The notes: generated by a model not told the origin, from the letters alone. A DNA stretch of 64,000 bases from Candidatus Levyibacteriota bacterium (GCA_036788695.1 DAIQMY010000003.1:6682-70681), one strand, 5' to 3'; counted from the first letter of the stretch, positions 10,801-19,398 are shown. A program made the numbers and translations.

Positions 10801-13800
10801 TTGGTATATGACGGAACTAGATACATTTATGCATTAAAAGGGAATGCTGATGATACATTTATGCGGTATGATACGACAACTGATACGTGGGATACCTTAG
10901 CAAATACTGACTTTAATGCACCAACTGATCATCTTATAAATACAGTAACTACCGGAGGGGACTTGGCAATAGGAGATAGTGACTCTATCTACGCAATTCA
11001 AGGAGGAGGGTATAGCGGTTTTGCAAAATACTCAATTTCGGCAAATTCATGGACACAACTTATAAATCTTCCGGCGGCAGCTAGTGCTGAAGGTGCACAA
11101 ATAGAATATGATAGTACCTCAAACGCAATTTACTTTTTCCCTGCTAACTCAAAAACTGCATTTTTCAAATATGACATAGGTGCAGATCTATGGTCAGAGT
11201 TATCAGACGCTCCCGCAACGCTTACGACAAGTGCTGCGATGAAAAATGTTGATGGAGTGCTGTATATCTTGCGCGGGGGTGGAACTCAAAACTTTTACAC
11301 CTACAACACGTCAAAGTCATCATGGAGAGTACCTAATTATAATCTTTTTGACCTTAACTTTAGAGGATCAGATATCAGAACTTTTAACACAGGAGCCCAA
11401 ATTGTAAAGGGATCAGGTAACTTTTATTACATTGCCAGAGGAGTTACCGACAGCATATTTATAAGATATGACGCGTCTTCCGGGACTGTTGTAAATTTAA
11501 GCGATATTCCTGCAGGTATGACTACAGGTTCTTCATTTGTGTATGATTCAGTAAATAACAAAATATATGCAACCGCGAACAGTTTAATACGCAGATTTTT
11601 TGTATATGATGTGGCTCAGAATTATTGGTATGAGGAAACATTAGACCTAGTTCCCGCGGCAACTGGGGCGGGCGCATCTATGAAGTATGATGGTAGTAGA
11701 TATATATATCTTCTTAGAGGAGGAAGTACCACTACATTATATAGGTATGACACTCAAGGAACAGCAGGAAGTAGGTGGAGCACAATGGCAGTTGCTCCAG
11801 GAACAATAGGGGCGGGCGCATCTATGGTTATAAAGGGCGGATATATATATGCATTAAGAGGAAACTCGCAGATCTCATTTTATAGATATGATATTTCAGC
11901 AAATACGTGGTCTGATCCTGCAGTCGCGGATCTTGCCGCAGGCGTAACTATTGGTGCTGACGGATTTTTAGTTGATGGTGGAAGTAATACATTATACGCT
12001 TGCCGTGGGTTAAATACCGCAACCTGTTATTCTTACAGCATTTCGGGAAATTCATGGACCATAACCGCAAATGCTCCTGCAAATATTACAACAGGGGGTA
12101 CTGCCGCGGGAAATGGAACGGATAAGATGTATATGATTGCGGGACCAGGAACAAATACCTTCTCAAATGGGCTTTATAGTTATGTTATGCAAAGCTCTAC
12201 ATCATCATTTGAGGAGTCTGGGAATTTTATTTCTCCATCTATTCATCTTGGAAGCGTGTATAAATTTGCAAATATATCTGTGACTTATACATCCGCTACA
12301 AATGCTACTCTTACCGTTAAAACAAGAACATCATCAGATAATTCTACCTGGTCTTCCTGGTCGCAGGCATCTGAAGTAAAACAAAATGGTACAACATATC
12401 AATATAAAATAAATTCATCTCCAAATGATTATATGCAGGTTGAATTTGATTTTACCTCAGGTGATGGTTTATATTCAGGGGTGGTAAGCGATTATTCTGT
12501 AAGTTATTATACTGATGCGAATGCGCCCACAAACCCAAGTAGTATTTCTGCTTATTCAACATCAACACAAGCAGCTTCACTTACTACAAGCACCTGGTAT
12601 AACCATTCAGCTCCGTATTTCTCTTGGCCGGCAGCAGACGTTTCAGGTGGCGCAACTGATACGTCAACCGGTTCTGGGGTAACAGGGTACTATGTATATT
12701 TTGGAACAAACGCGTCAGCTGATGCGTCAACATCAGGTTCTCTTCAGTCTACAACAAATTACACGGCAAGCAGCTTAACATCTGGTGAAACATATTACAT
12801 GCGGGTTAAAACAGTAGATGATGCAGGAAATATATCTGCTTCTCATTGGGCAGCATTTACTTATAAATATGATAATGTTGTGCCTGAAAACCCAACAACA
12901 GTCACTGCAAATCCATCAGGTTACACCGCAACAAATAGTTTCGCGTTCTCATGGAGTGGAGCAACTGATAGCGCGTCAACTGTTTCTGACTACTGTTACA
13001 AAACATCTTTAAATGGCAGTGAAACATGTGGAGTTACGGATACGTCTGTATCAGGTGTAACAGCGGGAGGAACCGGAGCATCCACGTTTTATGTGCGTGC
13101 CAGAGATACCGCAGGAAATAAAGCCGCAACATATTCAAGCGTATCTTATTATTATAGTGCAACAGCGCCAAGTGCACCCCAAGATCTTGAAGTATCGCCT
13201 GAAACGAACACAGTCAATCAGTTTTCATTCTCATGGAATCCTCCTTCTACATATTTTGGATCACAATCATCTCTTAGATATTACTATTCTATAAACGCGC
13301 TTCCAACTGCACAGAATGTAAATGTATTGGGGTTATCTGTTACCACGCTTGCAACTGATGCATATGCAACTGTTCCTGGTGCAAATGTAATGTATGTGGT
13401 TGCTAAAGACGAAGCGGGAAATATTGATTATAATAATTATGCATCTGTTACATTTACTGCTGATACATCAGCCCCTGGTATTCCCAAAAAAGTAGACATT
13501 GCAGATATTTCAGTTAAAACTTTATCCGCCTGGAAACTTGCTGTTTCCTGGGAGGCACCTGATGCTAGTGGTTCGGGTGTTTCGAGTTATAAAGTATACA
13601 GCTCAACAACATCAGGCGCTAGTTGCACCACAGATTTTTCAAGCTTTTCTTATTTAGCGTCAACTACTGGGCGTTCATATGTGGATACAGATATTACTCA
13701 AAATAATCATTATTACTGTGTAAAAGCTTGTGATTCTACTAACAATTGTTCAGCCGTGTCATCTACTGTTACTAAGTATCCAACCGGTAAATATGAGGCA

Positions 13801-15027
13801 GCCGCAGAGTTAACGGCAAGTCCATCTGCTACCGTTAAGACAAAATCCGCAGTAATCACATGGGGTACCAGTAGGACGAGTAATTCGTTTGTAAAGTATG
13901 GAACCAGCTCAGGTGATTATGGGACAGAGGTTGGTTCTTCAACACAGGTTACAGCGCATTCAATAAGTCTTTTGAACTTAGCCCCTGGAACAACGTATTA
14001 TTATAAAGTGCTTTGGACTGATGAGGATGGAAATATCGGCTCATCAACAGAGCAAAGTATTACCACTGAGCCGGCACCACTAGTTGAATCTGTTAAGGTT
14101 ACAAATATAAGTATTAACTCTGCTAACGTATCTTTCTCTGTGGCAAATGCAACAAGTGTGACGGTGCAATATGGACTTACTACAAATTATGGCGCATCAG
14201 ATACCATCAATACATCAAAAACTGAAACAAGCCAGATTGTAGCACTTGAGAATCTTGAGGAGGGGACAGAGTATCACGTGCAAATAGTTGCAGAAGATGA
14301 GGAAGGAAATACATTCGCGGGTAATGATTACACCTTTGAAACTCTTCCGGTCCCAAAGATTACGGCATTTAAATTGCAGCAAGTTGCGGGTGAAGCAACA
14401 GCAACATTACGTTTACTCTGGACCTCCAACTCCTTGATATCAACAGTTGTAACATACTATCCCGCAAATAATCCTGTGGCTACAAAGGACTCTATTAATC
14501 TGGTTTTATCCCGAAATCACCAAGTTATTTTAAACAATTTGTTAGACGATACGGATTACACTGTGGTTATAAAAGGAAAGGATAGCGCGGGAAATGAGGC
14601 AGAATATCCTGCTCAGTCAGTTAAAACAGCCGCGGATTTACGCCCGCCGGGGATTGAGAATATGAATGTGGAGACAACCATTATAGGGGTTGGCGATCAG
14701 GCAAAAGCACAGGTTGTGGCCACGTGGGACACTGATGAGCCTGCCTCAACACAAATAGAATATGCGGAAGGAACAGGTACTAGTTATAACTTAAGTACCC
14801 AGGAAGATACAAACAAAACTACAAATCATTCAGTTACTATTACAGGGCTTTCACCTTCTCGAATTTATCATTTGCGTGCTGTGGGCAAAGATAAAGCAGC
14901 AAATGTAGGAAATTCATTCGACACAGTAATTGTTACCCCAAAGGGTACAAAAGATGCGCTAAACTTAGTAATTGATAATCTCGCAAAGACGTTTGGATTC
15001 TTAAAGAGTGTGAAGACCGGAAAATAA
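7870..15027 (+). CDS. giant (2385-aa) extracellular protein: signal/TM anchor, two Kelch-like beta-propeller arrays each followed by a beta-sandwich and a fibronectin-III domain, further FN3/Ig-like domains and four C-terminal PAP-N/FN3-like repeats
   Basis: Single uninterrupted ORF; N-terminal hydrophobic segment; about 23 repeats of the pattern YxY..RG..T..F.RYD...N.W; FN3 signatures (GYYVYFGT ... TYYLRVKT.DAAGNIS) twice; C-terminal repeats VKYGTSSGDYG...TTYYYKV, VQYGLTTNYG..., VVTYYPANNP..., IEYAEGTGTSYN... Confidence 0.85.
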   Translation: MNTNLSMHKLRHACIIFLALIIIFPYNLLLFITFSGNIQVVEAASATISTPADFNSGAFNGTEGASRSGELRLQASGSWAARVWKTPQLALGDQTAVVSDGTYLYVKVSGDNLFTRYDPVTNTWKRLLDAPAFSFQGSDMRVLDGNIYAIFGGYQKEFYKYSIALNTWTQLTSMPDLVYSGASLGSDGTNLFVLRGAGTTDFWKYTISTNTWNAVSSAPASISSGGSLVYSGGYFYTPRGGNQTTFYRYDVSGNSWGTMTAAPGTLNSDGNITVNGDYIYILRGSSTNTFYRYSISGNSWTTLTNTPQVTGFVGVAYHSGDGYIYVFRGNGTQEFWKYSISGNSFVGQTDLPNTPGTGADLINHQGYLYFTRGNSSTNLYRFDLAAGTWSSALAAFPATIADDVKGASAGAYLYFPRGSSTTTLYRYDTQGNSFTTLSASPATLASGSVVAYPGTGNYLYITRGGNTTAFYRYSISGDTWDDAGAADLPSDSPAGIGSRMITDGTDVYFLSGAGTSRLLKYTVASNTWTVIHNTPFSTYYGTDINYYNGKLYIQAGYYKSDFWEYALSTNTWRRLPDLETYQPYGQGPYNGAALASDGGGNFYSTYGANIVWWQKFTVGSTNYPVSGTWTSSPIDLTYVSSWTSLTGSTVTPSDSSVSYETRSSTDMVTWSSWQSVSSGTIQSPTRRYIQVRITLNSSTGQVDTPTVTGVTVSYTGDANAPTNPGTFTAKSQSVSGVTLTDSATYAYTNPYFTWSGATDSETSVAGYYVYFGTASGADPQTLGAYQTTATYTVITPLVSGNTYYLRVKTQDAAGNISSATTAFTYVYQGVNATTTTKTSTSDFSGGTESDTTTAGDEIKLASKSGFWIENRLSIPPATLSSGASWGYVASTNKLYTFRGSGTQTFYEYDIATDVWATKTNTPATVTTGGALAGGPSGYVYAARGGNTTTFWRYDPSGNAWDDAAAADAPQPFSGGSSLVYDGTRYIYALKGNADDTFMRYDTTTDTWDTLANTDFNAPTDHLINTVTTGGDLAIGDSDSIYAIQGGGYSGFAKYSISANSWTQLINLPAAASAEGAQIEYDSTSNAIYFFPANSKTAFFKYDIGADLWSELSDAPATLTTSAAMKNVDGVLYILRGGGTQNFYTYNTSKSSWRVPNYNLFDLNFRGSDIRTFNTGAQIVKGSGNFYYIARGVTDSIFIRYDASSGTVVNLSDIPAGMTTGSSFVYDSVNNKIYATANSLIRRFFVYDVAQNYWYEETLDLVPAATGAGASMKYDGSRYIYLLRGGSTTTLYRYDTQGTAGSRWSTMAVAPGTIGAGASMVIKGGYIYALRGNSQISFYRYDISANTWSDPAVADLAAGVTIGADGFLVDGGSNTLYACRGLNTATCYSYSISGNSWTITANAPANITTGGTAAGNGTDKMYMIAGPGTNTFSNGLYSYVMQSSTSSFEESGNFISPSIHLGSVYKFANISVTYTSATNATLTVKTRTSSDNSTWSSWSQASEVKQNGTTYQYKINSSPNDYMQVEFDFTSGDGLYSGVVSDYSVSYYTDANAPTNPSSISAYSTSTQAASLTTSTWYNHSAPYFSWPAADVSGGATDTSTGSGVTGYYVYFGTNASADASTSGSLQSTTNYTASSLTSGETYYMRVKTVDDAGNISASHWAAFTYKYDNVVPENPTTVTANPSGYTATNSFAFSWSGATDSASTVSDYCYKTSLNGSETCGVTDTSVSGVTAGGTGASTFYVRARDTAGNKAATYSSVSYYYSATAPSAPQDLEVSPETNTVNQFSFSWNPPSTYFGSQSSLRYYYSINALPTAQNVNVLGLSVTTLATDAYATVPGANVMYVVAKDEAGNIDYNNYASVTFTADTSAPGIPKKVDIADISVKTLSAWKLAVSWEAPDASGSGVSSYKVYSSTTSGASCTTDFSSFSYLASTTGRSYVDTDITQNNHYYCVKACDSTNNCSAVSSTVTKYPTGKYEAAAELTASPSATVKTKSAVITWGTSRTSNSFVKYGTSSGDYGTEVGSSTQVTAHSISLLNLAPGTTYYYKVLWTDEDGNIGSSTEQSITTEPAPLVESVKVTNISINSANVSFSVANATSVTVQYGLTTNYGASDTINTSKTETSQIVALENLEEGTEYHVQIVAEDEEGNTFAGNDYTFETLPVPKITAFKLQQVAGEATATLRLLWTSNSLISTVVTYYPANNPVATKDSINLVLSRNHQVILNNLLDDTDYTVVIKGKDSAGNEAEYPAQSVKTAADLRPPGIENMNVETTIIGVGDQAKAQVVATWDTDEPASTQIEYAEGTGTSYNLSTQEDTNKTTNHSVTITGLSPSRIYHLRAVGKDKAANVGNSFDTVIVTPKGTKDALNLVIDNLAKTFGFLKSVKTGK

Positions 15028-15028
15028 T

Positions 15029-15967
15029 ATGGAAGAAAAAACTCAAAAACAAATAGGCGGAACATTGCTAAAAACGGTAGATTTAAAAAAGTCATTTTAT
15101 ATTGGTCTACCAAATGAAGTAGAGATTTTAAAGGGGATAAATTTAGAAATAGAAAAAGGGGATTTTGTAATCATTTTTGGTCCTTCAGGATGCGGGAAGT
15201 CAACTTTACTCCATACACTTTTAGGCTTGGAGCCTCCTACGGGGGGTAGTGTGGTAGTTGAGGGTGATGATTTTTATGGTTCTACTGAAGACAAACGGGC
15301 AACTTATAGGAGGCATCATGTAGGAATTATTTACCAGCAGCCGTTATGGATTGCGGCACTCAATATTGCAGAGAATGTGCAGTTTACTCTCAAGTTACTA
15401 AATTATGATGATGAGAAAATTACAAAGCGTTCAGATGAAGTTCTTTCTATGGTAGGTATGACAGAATGGAAAAATTACCGACCGCAAGAGTTGTCATCCG
15501 GGCAGCAGCAAAAGGTTTCATTGGCTCGCGCGCTCTCAATAGATCCGGTTCTTATAGTAGCGGACGAGCCTACAGGAAATTTAGATACGATTTCAGGTCA
15601 ACAGTTAATAGAACATTTTATGGAATTTAATAGAAAAGGAATCACCATCATTATGGTTACCCATGACTTGGAGTATTTAAAATTTGGGAATAAGATCATA
15701 CATATGATTGACGGAATGGTAGTAGAGCAGTATGTGGGGAAACCTGGTCAGGGTTTTAATAAAGAAATAATGGGTAAAAAATCAGAATCAAAGACTGGAG
15801 AATCGGGTGTTAATGTTCGCGATCCAAAGTTTCTTGTATCTCTGAAGGGAACTCATGATGGGAAGATAATGCAATATGTGACTCATGTAGATGCACCAAA
15901 AGACGCACCTGACGCGCCTCCTAACGCAAAAAAAGAAACTGATGGTGAAAGGGTCGCTAAAAAGTAA
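15029..15967 (+). CDS. ABC transporter ATP-binding protein (MacB/LolD/FtsE-like) with low-complexity C-terminal tail
   Basis: Walker A GPSGCGKST, signature LSSGQQQKVSLARAL, Walker B IVADEPTGNLD, H-loop VTHD; the start codon overlaps the giant gene stop (TAATATG); about 85-aa K/D/P-rich tail. Confidence 0.9.
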   Translation: MEEKTQKQIGGTLLKTVDLKKSFYIGLPNEVEILKGINLEIEKGDFVIIFGPSGCGKSTLLHTLLGLEPPTGGSVVVEGDDFYGSTEDKRATYRRHHVGIIYQQPLWIAALNIAENVQFTLKLLNYDDEKITKRSDEVLSMVGMTEWKNYRPQELSSGQQQKVSLARALSIDPVLIVADEPTGNLDTISGQQLIEHFMEFNRKGITIIMVTHDLEYLKFGNKIIHMIDGMVVEQYVGKPGQGFNKEIMGKKSESKTGESGVNVRDPKFLVSLKGTHDGKIMQYVTHVDAPKDAPDAPPNAKKETDGERVAKK

Positions 15968-15969
15968 AC

Positions 15970-18159
15970 ATGAAACATATTTTTGCAATTTTTAAGAAGT
16001 TTTTAACGGTAATAGGTAAGCCTACTTTTTGGGTTCACTTACCAAAAAATAGTATTATTTTTATAAAAAAAGCGAGTGTAACAACTGTAATTTTTGCAAG
16101 CTTTTTTCTTCTTCTTAACATATGCTTTATAGAAGTAATATGTAAGTATTTGGAATCTATTCCAGTTGTGGGAAGAGTATTTAAGAAAACAAACACCTTA
16201 TGGGTAAAATCGTTTGGAAGGTATATTCCGAAAGTTGTAAGAGGTCTTGAGAAGATGAGGACATATGAGGTGCAGCGTTCTTATCTTATATTCCTTGCGT
16301 TTGAAAATTTGCGTGTCAGAAAAAGTAGATCTCTTATTACAGTTGCCGGTATGTCATTTGGAGTAGGCGTAATTGTACTCCTCTTATCTCTTGGATATGG
16401 AATAGAACGGTTAGTTGTGCACAAGGTCGCAAGCCTTCAAGATTTACAGGTGGTTGATATTTCAACAGGCGGAAACACGGCAGTAAAGTTAACGCAGGAT
16501 GCTATTCGTAAGTTTCAGAAATTTGGGAAAGTTACATATGCTATACCTTTTGTATCAGTTGTAGGAAGAATAACATTTAATAAGGCAACAACTGATGTTT
16601 TGGTATATTCCGCGCCTAATGAGTATTTCACATATGTCAACGCGAAGATAGTAAAGGGAAAGCTATTTTCAAATAATAAAATTTCTTATGCTGATTCTGA
16701 TGGTGAAGTCGCAGGTGCATCAACTACGTATGAGAAAGCAGAATTTGGAAGTAAGATAAGTCCGAATACTGTTTTGTTTAACATAAATCCGCAAGAGGCG
16801 GCAGTTGTTTGGGAATCATGTAGCACAGGAGGGAAAATTGTAGGGTATACCGCAAGGCTTGAAGGGGGATACAAAGGATATCAGTACTGGGGAAGTGAAT
16901 ACTATCCGCTTGAGGGAGACGCGCGGGCAGGCTATAGCAATACCACTCATGAGTATTTAGGCAAATGGATAAAAGGAGTTGTGCCGTTATATAACAAAAA
17001 TCCAGACGGAGTACTGAAGCCAATTTTAGATGACCACGGAGTGCATAAGTGGCAGGATGCTTGCGTTCAGATGAAATATGTTCAAATAGTAGACCAATAT
17101 ATTCTGCGTCAAGTTTTAGGCGCATCAACAGAATCAGGTTCAGTACTCGCGGCATCAGATTCAGCATCCATTACGGAAGCAACTAGTCTTACAAGTTCAC
17201 AAAGCTCATCCGGCTCAGCAGAAATAGATGAGATAGACTCAGCGAGTTTTATAAGCTCATTTGATTCAAATGTTGTAGGAACAAATTCTGCAGGAATAGA
17301 ATTTGTAGATTTAGCCTCTCAGCAGAAAGCAAAGAAAAAAGAAACTGAAACATTAAAATTTAAGGGAGGGCATAGTGGTGAGGCGATAGTCTCAACAGGG
17401 CTTCTTAACTTATTGGGTATTCCGATTTCAAAAGCGCTTGACAGCACGTTTAAATCATCTCTTATTATAGGTAAAAGCCAGATTCCGGAATTATTAGGGA
17501 AAGCGCAAAGCGAGGAAAAAGACTATAAGATTGTGGGAGTTATAGATGATCCGGATACTCAGTATTTCTATATTCCTTTGTCTGATGTGAAGAATTTAGG
17601 TGTTAGTAACTTTTCTCAAGCAAAAATTGTAATGCAAATAAAGCAAGAAATGGGGAAATTAAGAAAACAGGTAGAGGATTTAGGTTTTAGAACAACAAGT
17701 ACTGCAGATACAGTTGAGCAGATTGAATCATTGTTTGGTAATTTACGGATAGTATTAGGTCTTTTGGGAATGGTTGCATTAGGAGTTGCTTCATTAGGGA
17801 TGTTTAATACATTAACTGTTTCTCTTCTTGAGCGTACACGTGAAATTGGCGGAATGAAAACAATCGGTATGGTAACAGATGAGGTTCAGGAGTTATTGCT
17901 TTCTGAAGCAATGATAATGGGTCTCTCAGGTGGGGTGGGAGGGCTACTGTTAGGATTTGTTGCAGGCAAAGCGCTATCTGGTGCTGTGAGCATTTTTGCA
18001 ATAGCGGGTGGACAAGGATTTTTAGATCTCACGTATGTTCCACCGTTTCTTATATTCTTTATAATTGTATCCTCATTTTTTGTAGGTCTTATTACCGGGT
18101 TGTATCCTGCTATGCGCGCGCGTAAGATATCTGCTCTTAATGCCTTGCGCTATGAATGA
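15970..18159 (+). CDS. ABC transporter permease, FtsX/MacB-type with very large extracytoplasmic domain
   Basis: One N-terminal TM, an extracellular domain of about 500 aa including a Ser/Thr-rich linker, and a C-terminal FtsX-like 3-TM bundle (ERTREIGGMKTIGM...); starts 3 nt after the ATPase stop. Confidence 0.8.
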   Translation: MKHIFAIFKKFLTVIGKPTFWVHLPKNSIIFIKKASVTTVIFASFFLLLNICFIEVICKYLESIPVVGRVFKKTNTLWVKSFGRYIPKVVRGLEKMRTYEVQRSYLIFLAFENLRVRKSRSLITVAGMSFGVGVIVLLLSLGYGIERLVVHKVASLQDLQVVDISTGGNTAVKLTQDAIRKFQKFGKVTYAIPFVSVVGRITFNKATTDVLVYSAPNEYFTYVNAKIVKGKLFSNNKISYADSDGEVAGASTTYEKAEFGSKISPNTVLFNINPQEAAVVWESCSTGGKIVGYTARLEGGYKGYQYWGSEYYPLEGDARAGYSNTTHEYLGKWIKGVVPLYNKNPDGVLKPILDDHGVHKWQDACVQMKYVQIVDQYILRQVLGASTESGSVLAASDSASITEATSLTSSQSSSGSAEIDEIDSASFISSFDSNVVGTNSAGIEFVDLASQQKAKKKETETLKFKGGHSGEAIVSTGLLNLLGIPISKALDSTFKSSLIIGKSQIPELLGKAQSEEKDYKIVGVIDDPDTQYFYIPLSDVKNLGVSNFSQAKIVMQIKQEMGKLRKQVEDLGFRTTSTADTVEQIESLFGNLRIVLGLLGMVALGVASLGMFNTLTVSLLERTREIGGMKTIGMVTDEVQELLLSEAMIMGLSGGVGGLLLGFVAGKALSGAVSIFAIAGGQGFLDLTYVPPFLIFFIIVSSFFVGLITGLYPAMRARKISALNALRYE

Positions 18160-18198
18160 TCTATTGATGAGCTGAGGGAAATCATATACACTTTTTCT

Positions 18199-18930
18199 AT
18201 GTCAAAAAAAAGTACAAGTCAGCAGACAATTCCACAAACCGCATTTACAAAAGAATCGCTTGTTGATTTGAAGAAAGAAGGGAAAAACTACTTTCTTCAC
18301 TGGCTTGATTACCTTTTAGTTCACTTGAGGGAAAACGTAATAAAGAGACCAGTTGAATATATGATTTTATTTATAGTAAGCTTCATCTTTACCGTTTGCT
18401 TTTCGGCAATTATTTTACTCCTTATTTTCAATAAGATTGAAATGAATATTTCCCTTCCTGCAATTCCTCTCTATAATTTTGGACAGCTTCAGATAGGTAA
18501 AACAACTAGGGGAAGCGTACGGTTTGATCCTATGGTCTTACTGAAGATGATTCAAAAAAACAATACAGACTATGTAGTAGTTGACATACGAACAGCAAAA
18601 GAATATGAAAACGGACATATTAAAAGTGCGGTATCCATACCAATTTACGGTACAAATATACTTTCAGATGCAGGAGAAATCAAAGACGCGAATGGGTTAA
18701 AGGATAGAATGAATGAAGTCACAAAAAACAAAAAAATTGTAATTCTTTATGGACAAACTGCATACTCCATGTACGTTGAACAAGTCGCAAGATATCTTGA
18801 TTCCAATGGAGGAAAAGTTAAAGTTTTAGGTGTTGGTTGGAATGAGTGGGCGCATTTTAAGAATCTTTGGGTTCCTGAGGCGGATTGGAATGTTATAAAT
18901 ATACAGGACTTTATTCAAGTAAAGGAATAA
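18199..18930 (+). CDS. membrane-anchored rhodanese-like domain protein (catalytic Cys apparently absent)
   Basis: TM helix then rhodanese fold (VVVDIRTAKEYENGHIKSAVSIP); the active-site loop position reads ILYGQTAYS with no Cys. Confidence 0.6.
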   Translation: MSKKSTSQQTIPQTAFTKESLVDLKKEGKNYFLHWLDYLLVHLRENVIKRPVEYMILFIVSFIFTVCFSAIILLLIFNKIEMNISLPAIPLYNFGQLQIGKTTRGSVRFDPMVLLKMIQKNNTDYVVVDIRTAKEYENGHIKSAVSIPIYGTNILSDAGEIKDANGLKDRMNEVTKNKKIVILYGQTAYSMYVEQVARYLDSNGGKVKVLGVGWNEWAHFKNLWVPEADWNVINIQDFIQVKE

Positions 18931-18947
18931 TTAAATTACTCAATTAT

Positions 18948-18976
18948 TTAGACAAGGATTTTATGGGTCGTATACT
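18948..18976 (+). promoter_or_regulatory. candidate promoter for the tRNA-Tyr/tRNA-Thr/rpmG transcription unit (TTAGAC-17-TATACT)
   Basis: -35/-10-like hexamers with 17-nt spacing downstream of the rhodanese gene and about 100 nt upstream of the repeat/tRNA block. Confidence 0.3.
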
Positions 18977-19073
18977 TTAAAACTCTCATTTTTTCTTCAT
19001 ATTTTTTGCTTTTCGTAGGAAGAATTAATTATTCTTTCTATTTTGTATAAAATCTAGTAAAATTGAAAGTTGC

Positions 19074-19237
19074 GCTGGAGTGGCAGAGTAAGCAATAGCT
19101 TGCTCTCCCATCCAGTATAAATATAATTGCTGGAGTGGCAGAGTAAGCAATAGCTTGCTCTCCCATCCAGTTAAAACAAGCTTGCTGGAGTGGCAGAGTA
19201 AGCGAAGCTTTCTCTCCCATCCAGTCTAAATATAATT
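19074..19237 (+). repeat. three tandem ~55-bp tRNA-Tyr 5'-fragment-like hairpin repeats immediately upstream of tRNA-Tyr
   Basis: Units start at about 19074, 19129 and 19184 (period 55, 55, 54). Each begins GCTGGAGTGGCAGAGTA, identical to the first 17 nt of the downstream tRNA-Tyr, then continues AGCAATAGCTTGCTCTCCCATCCAG, forming an extended hairpin (CTGGA/TCCAG outer stem, AGCAA/TTGCT inner stem), followed by an AT-rich 10-12 nt linker. Confidence 0.7.
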
Positions 19238-19322
19238 GCTGGAGTGGCAGAGTAGTCAATTGCTCGTGACTGTAGATCACGCGCCCGTTTGGGCTACGGG
19301 GGTGCAAATCCCTCCTCCAGCA
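19238..19322 (+). tRNA. tRNA-Tyr (anticodon GTA), class II with long variable arm
   Basis: Acceptor stem GCTGGAG/CTCCAGC, D-stem GCAG/TTGC, anticodon stem CGTGA/TCACG with loop CTGTAGA, variable arm GCCC-GTTT-GGGC, T-stem GGGGG/CCCTC; T-loop TGCAAAT is non-canonical (G at position 55); no encoded CCA. Confidence 0.75.
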
Positions 19323-19398
19323 CAAAAGTAACATGATGCCAGTGCTCTAGGCACAAATAGCTGCGCATGACATATCTTTTAAATATTTTCAAAGATTA

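Noticed and set aside
9478-13294. Small ORFs (77, 69, 64, 67 aa) inside or antisense to the giant gene
   Set aside because: Fully contained in a long, compositionally consistent ORF with clear domain repeats; out-of-frame artefacts
7870-15027. Diversity-generating retroelement (DGR) targeting the giant protein C-terminus
   Set aside because: DGRs are common next to such proteins in CPR, but I found no reverse-transcriptase motif (YxDD context) in any ORF of the window, and no near-identical template/variable repeat pair differing at adenines
19074-19237. CRISPR array interpretation of the three 55-bp repeats
   Set aside because: Only 3 units, the 'spacers' are ~10 nt of AT-rich linker, the repeat is derived from the adjacent tRNA, and no cas genes are anywhere in the window
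19038-19334. 98-aa minus-strand ORF with internally repeated LTLPLQQ...WMGE peptide
   Set aside because: It is the translation of the tRNA-Tyr 5'-fragment tandem repeats and of the antisense strand of tRNA-Tyr itself; the repetitiveness comes from the DNA repeats, not from a protein
19323-19398. Possible small RNA between tRNA-Tyr and tRNA-Thr
   Set aside because: Only 76 nt of spacer with no convincing stem-loops; most simply a processing spacer in a polycistronic tRNA transcript
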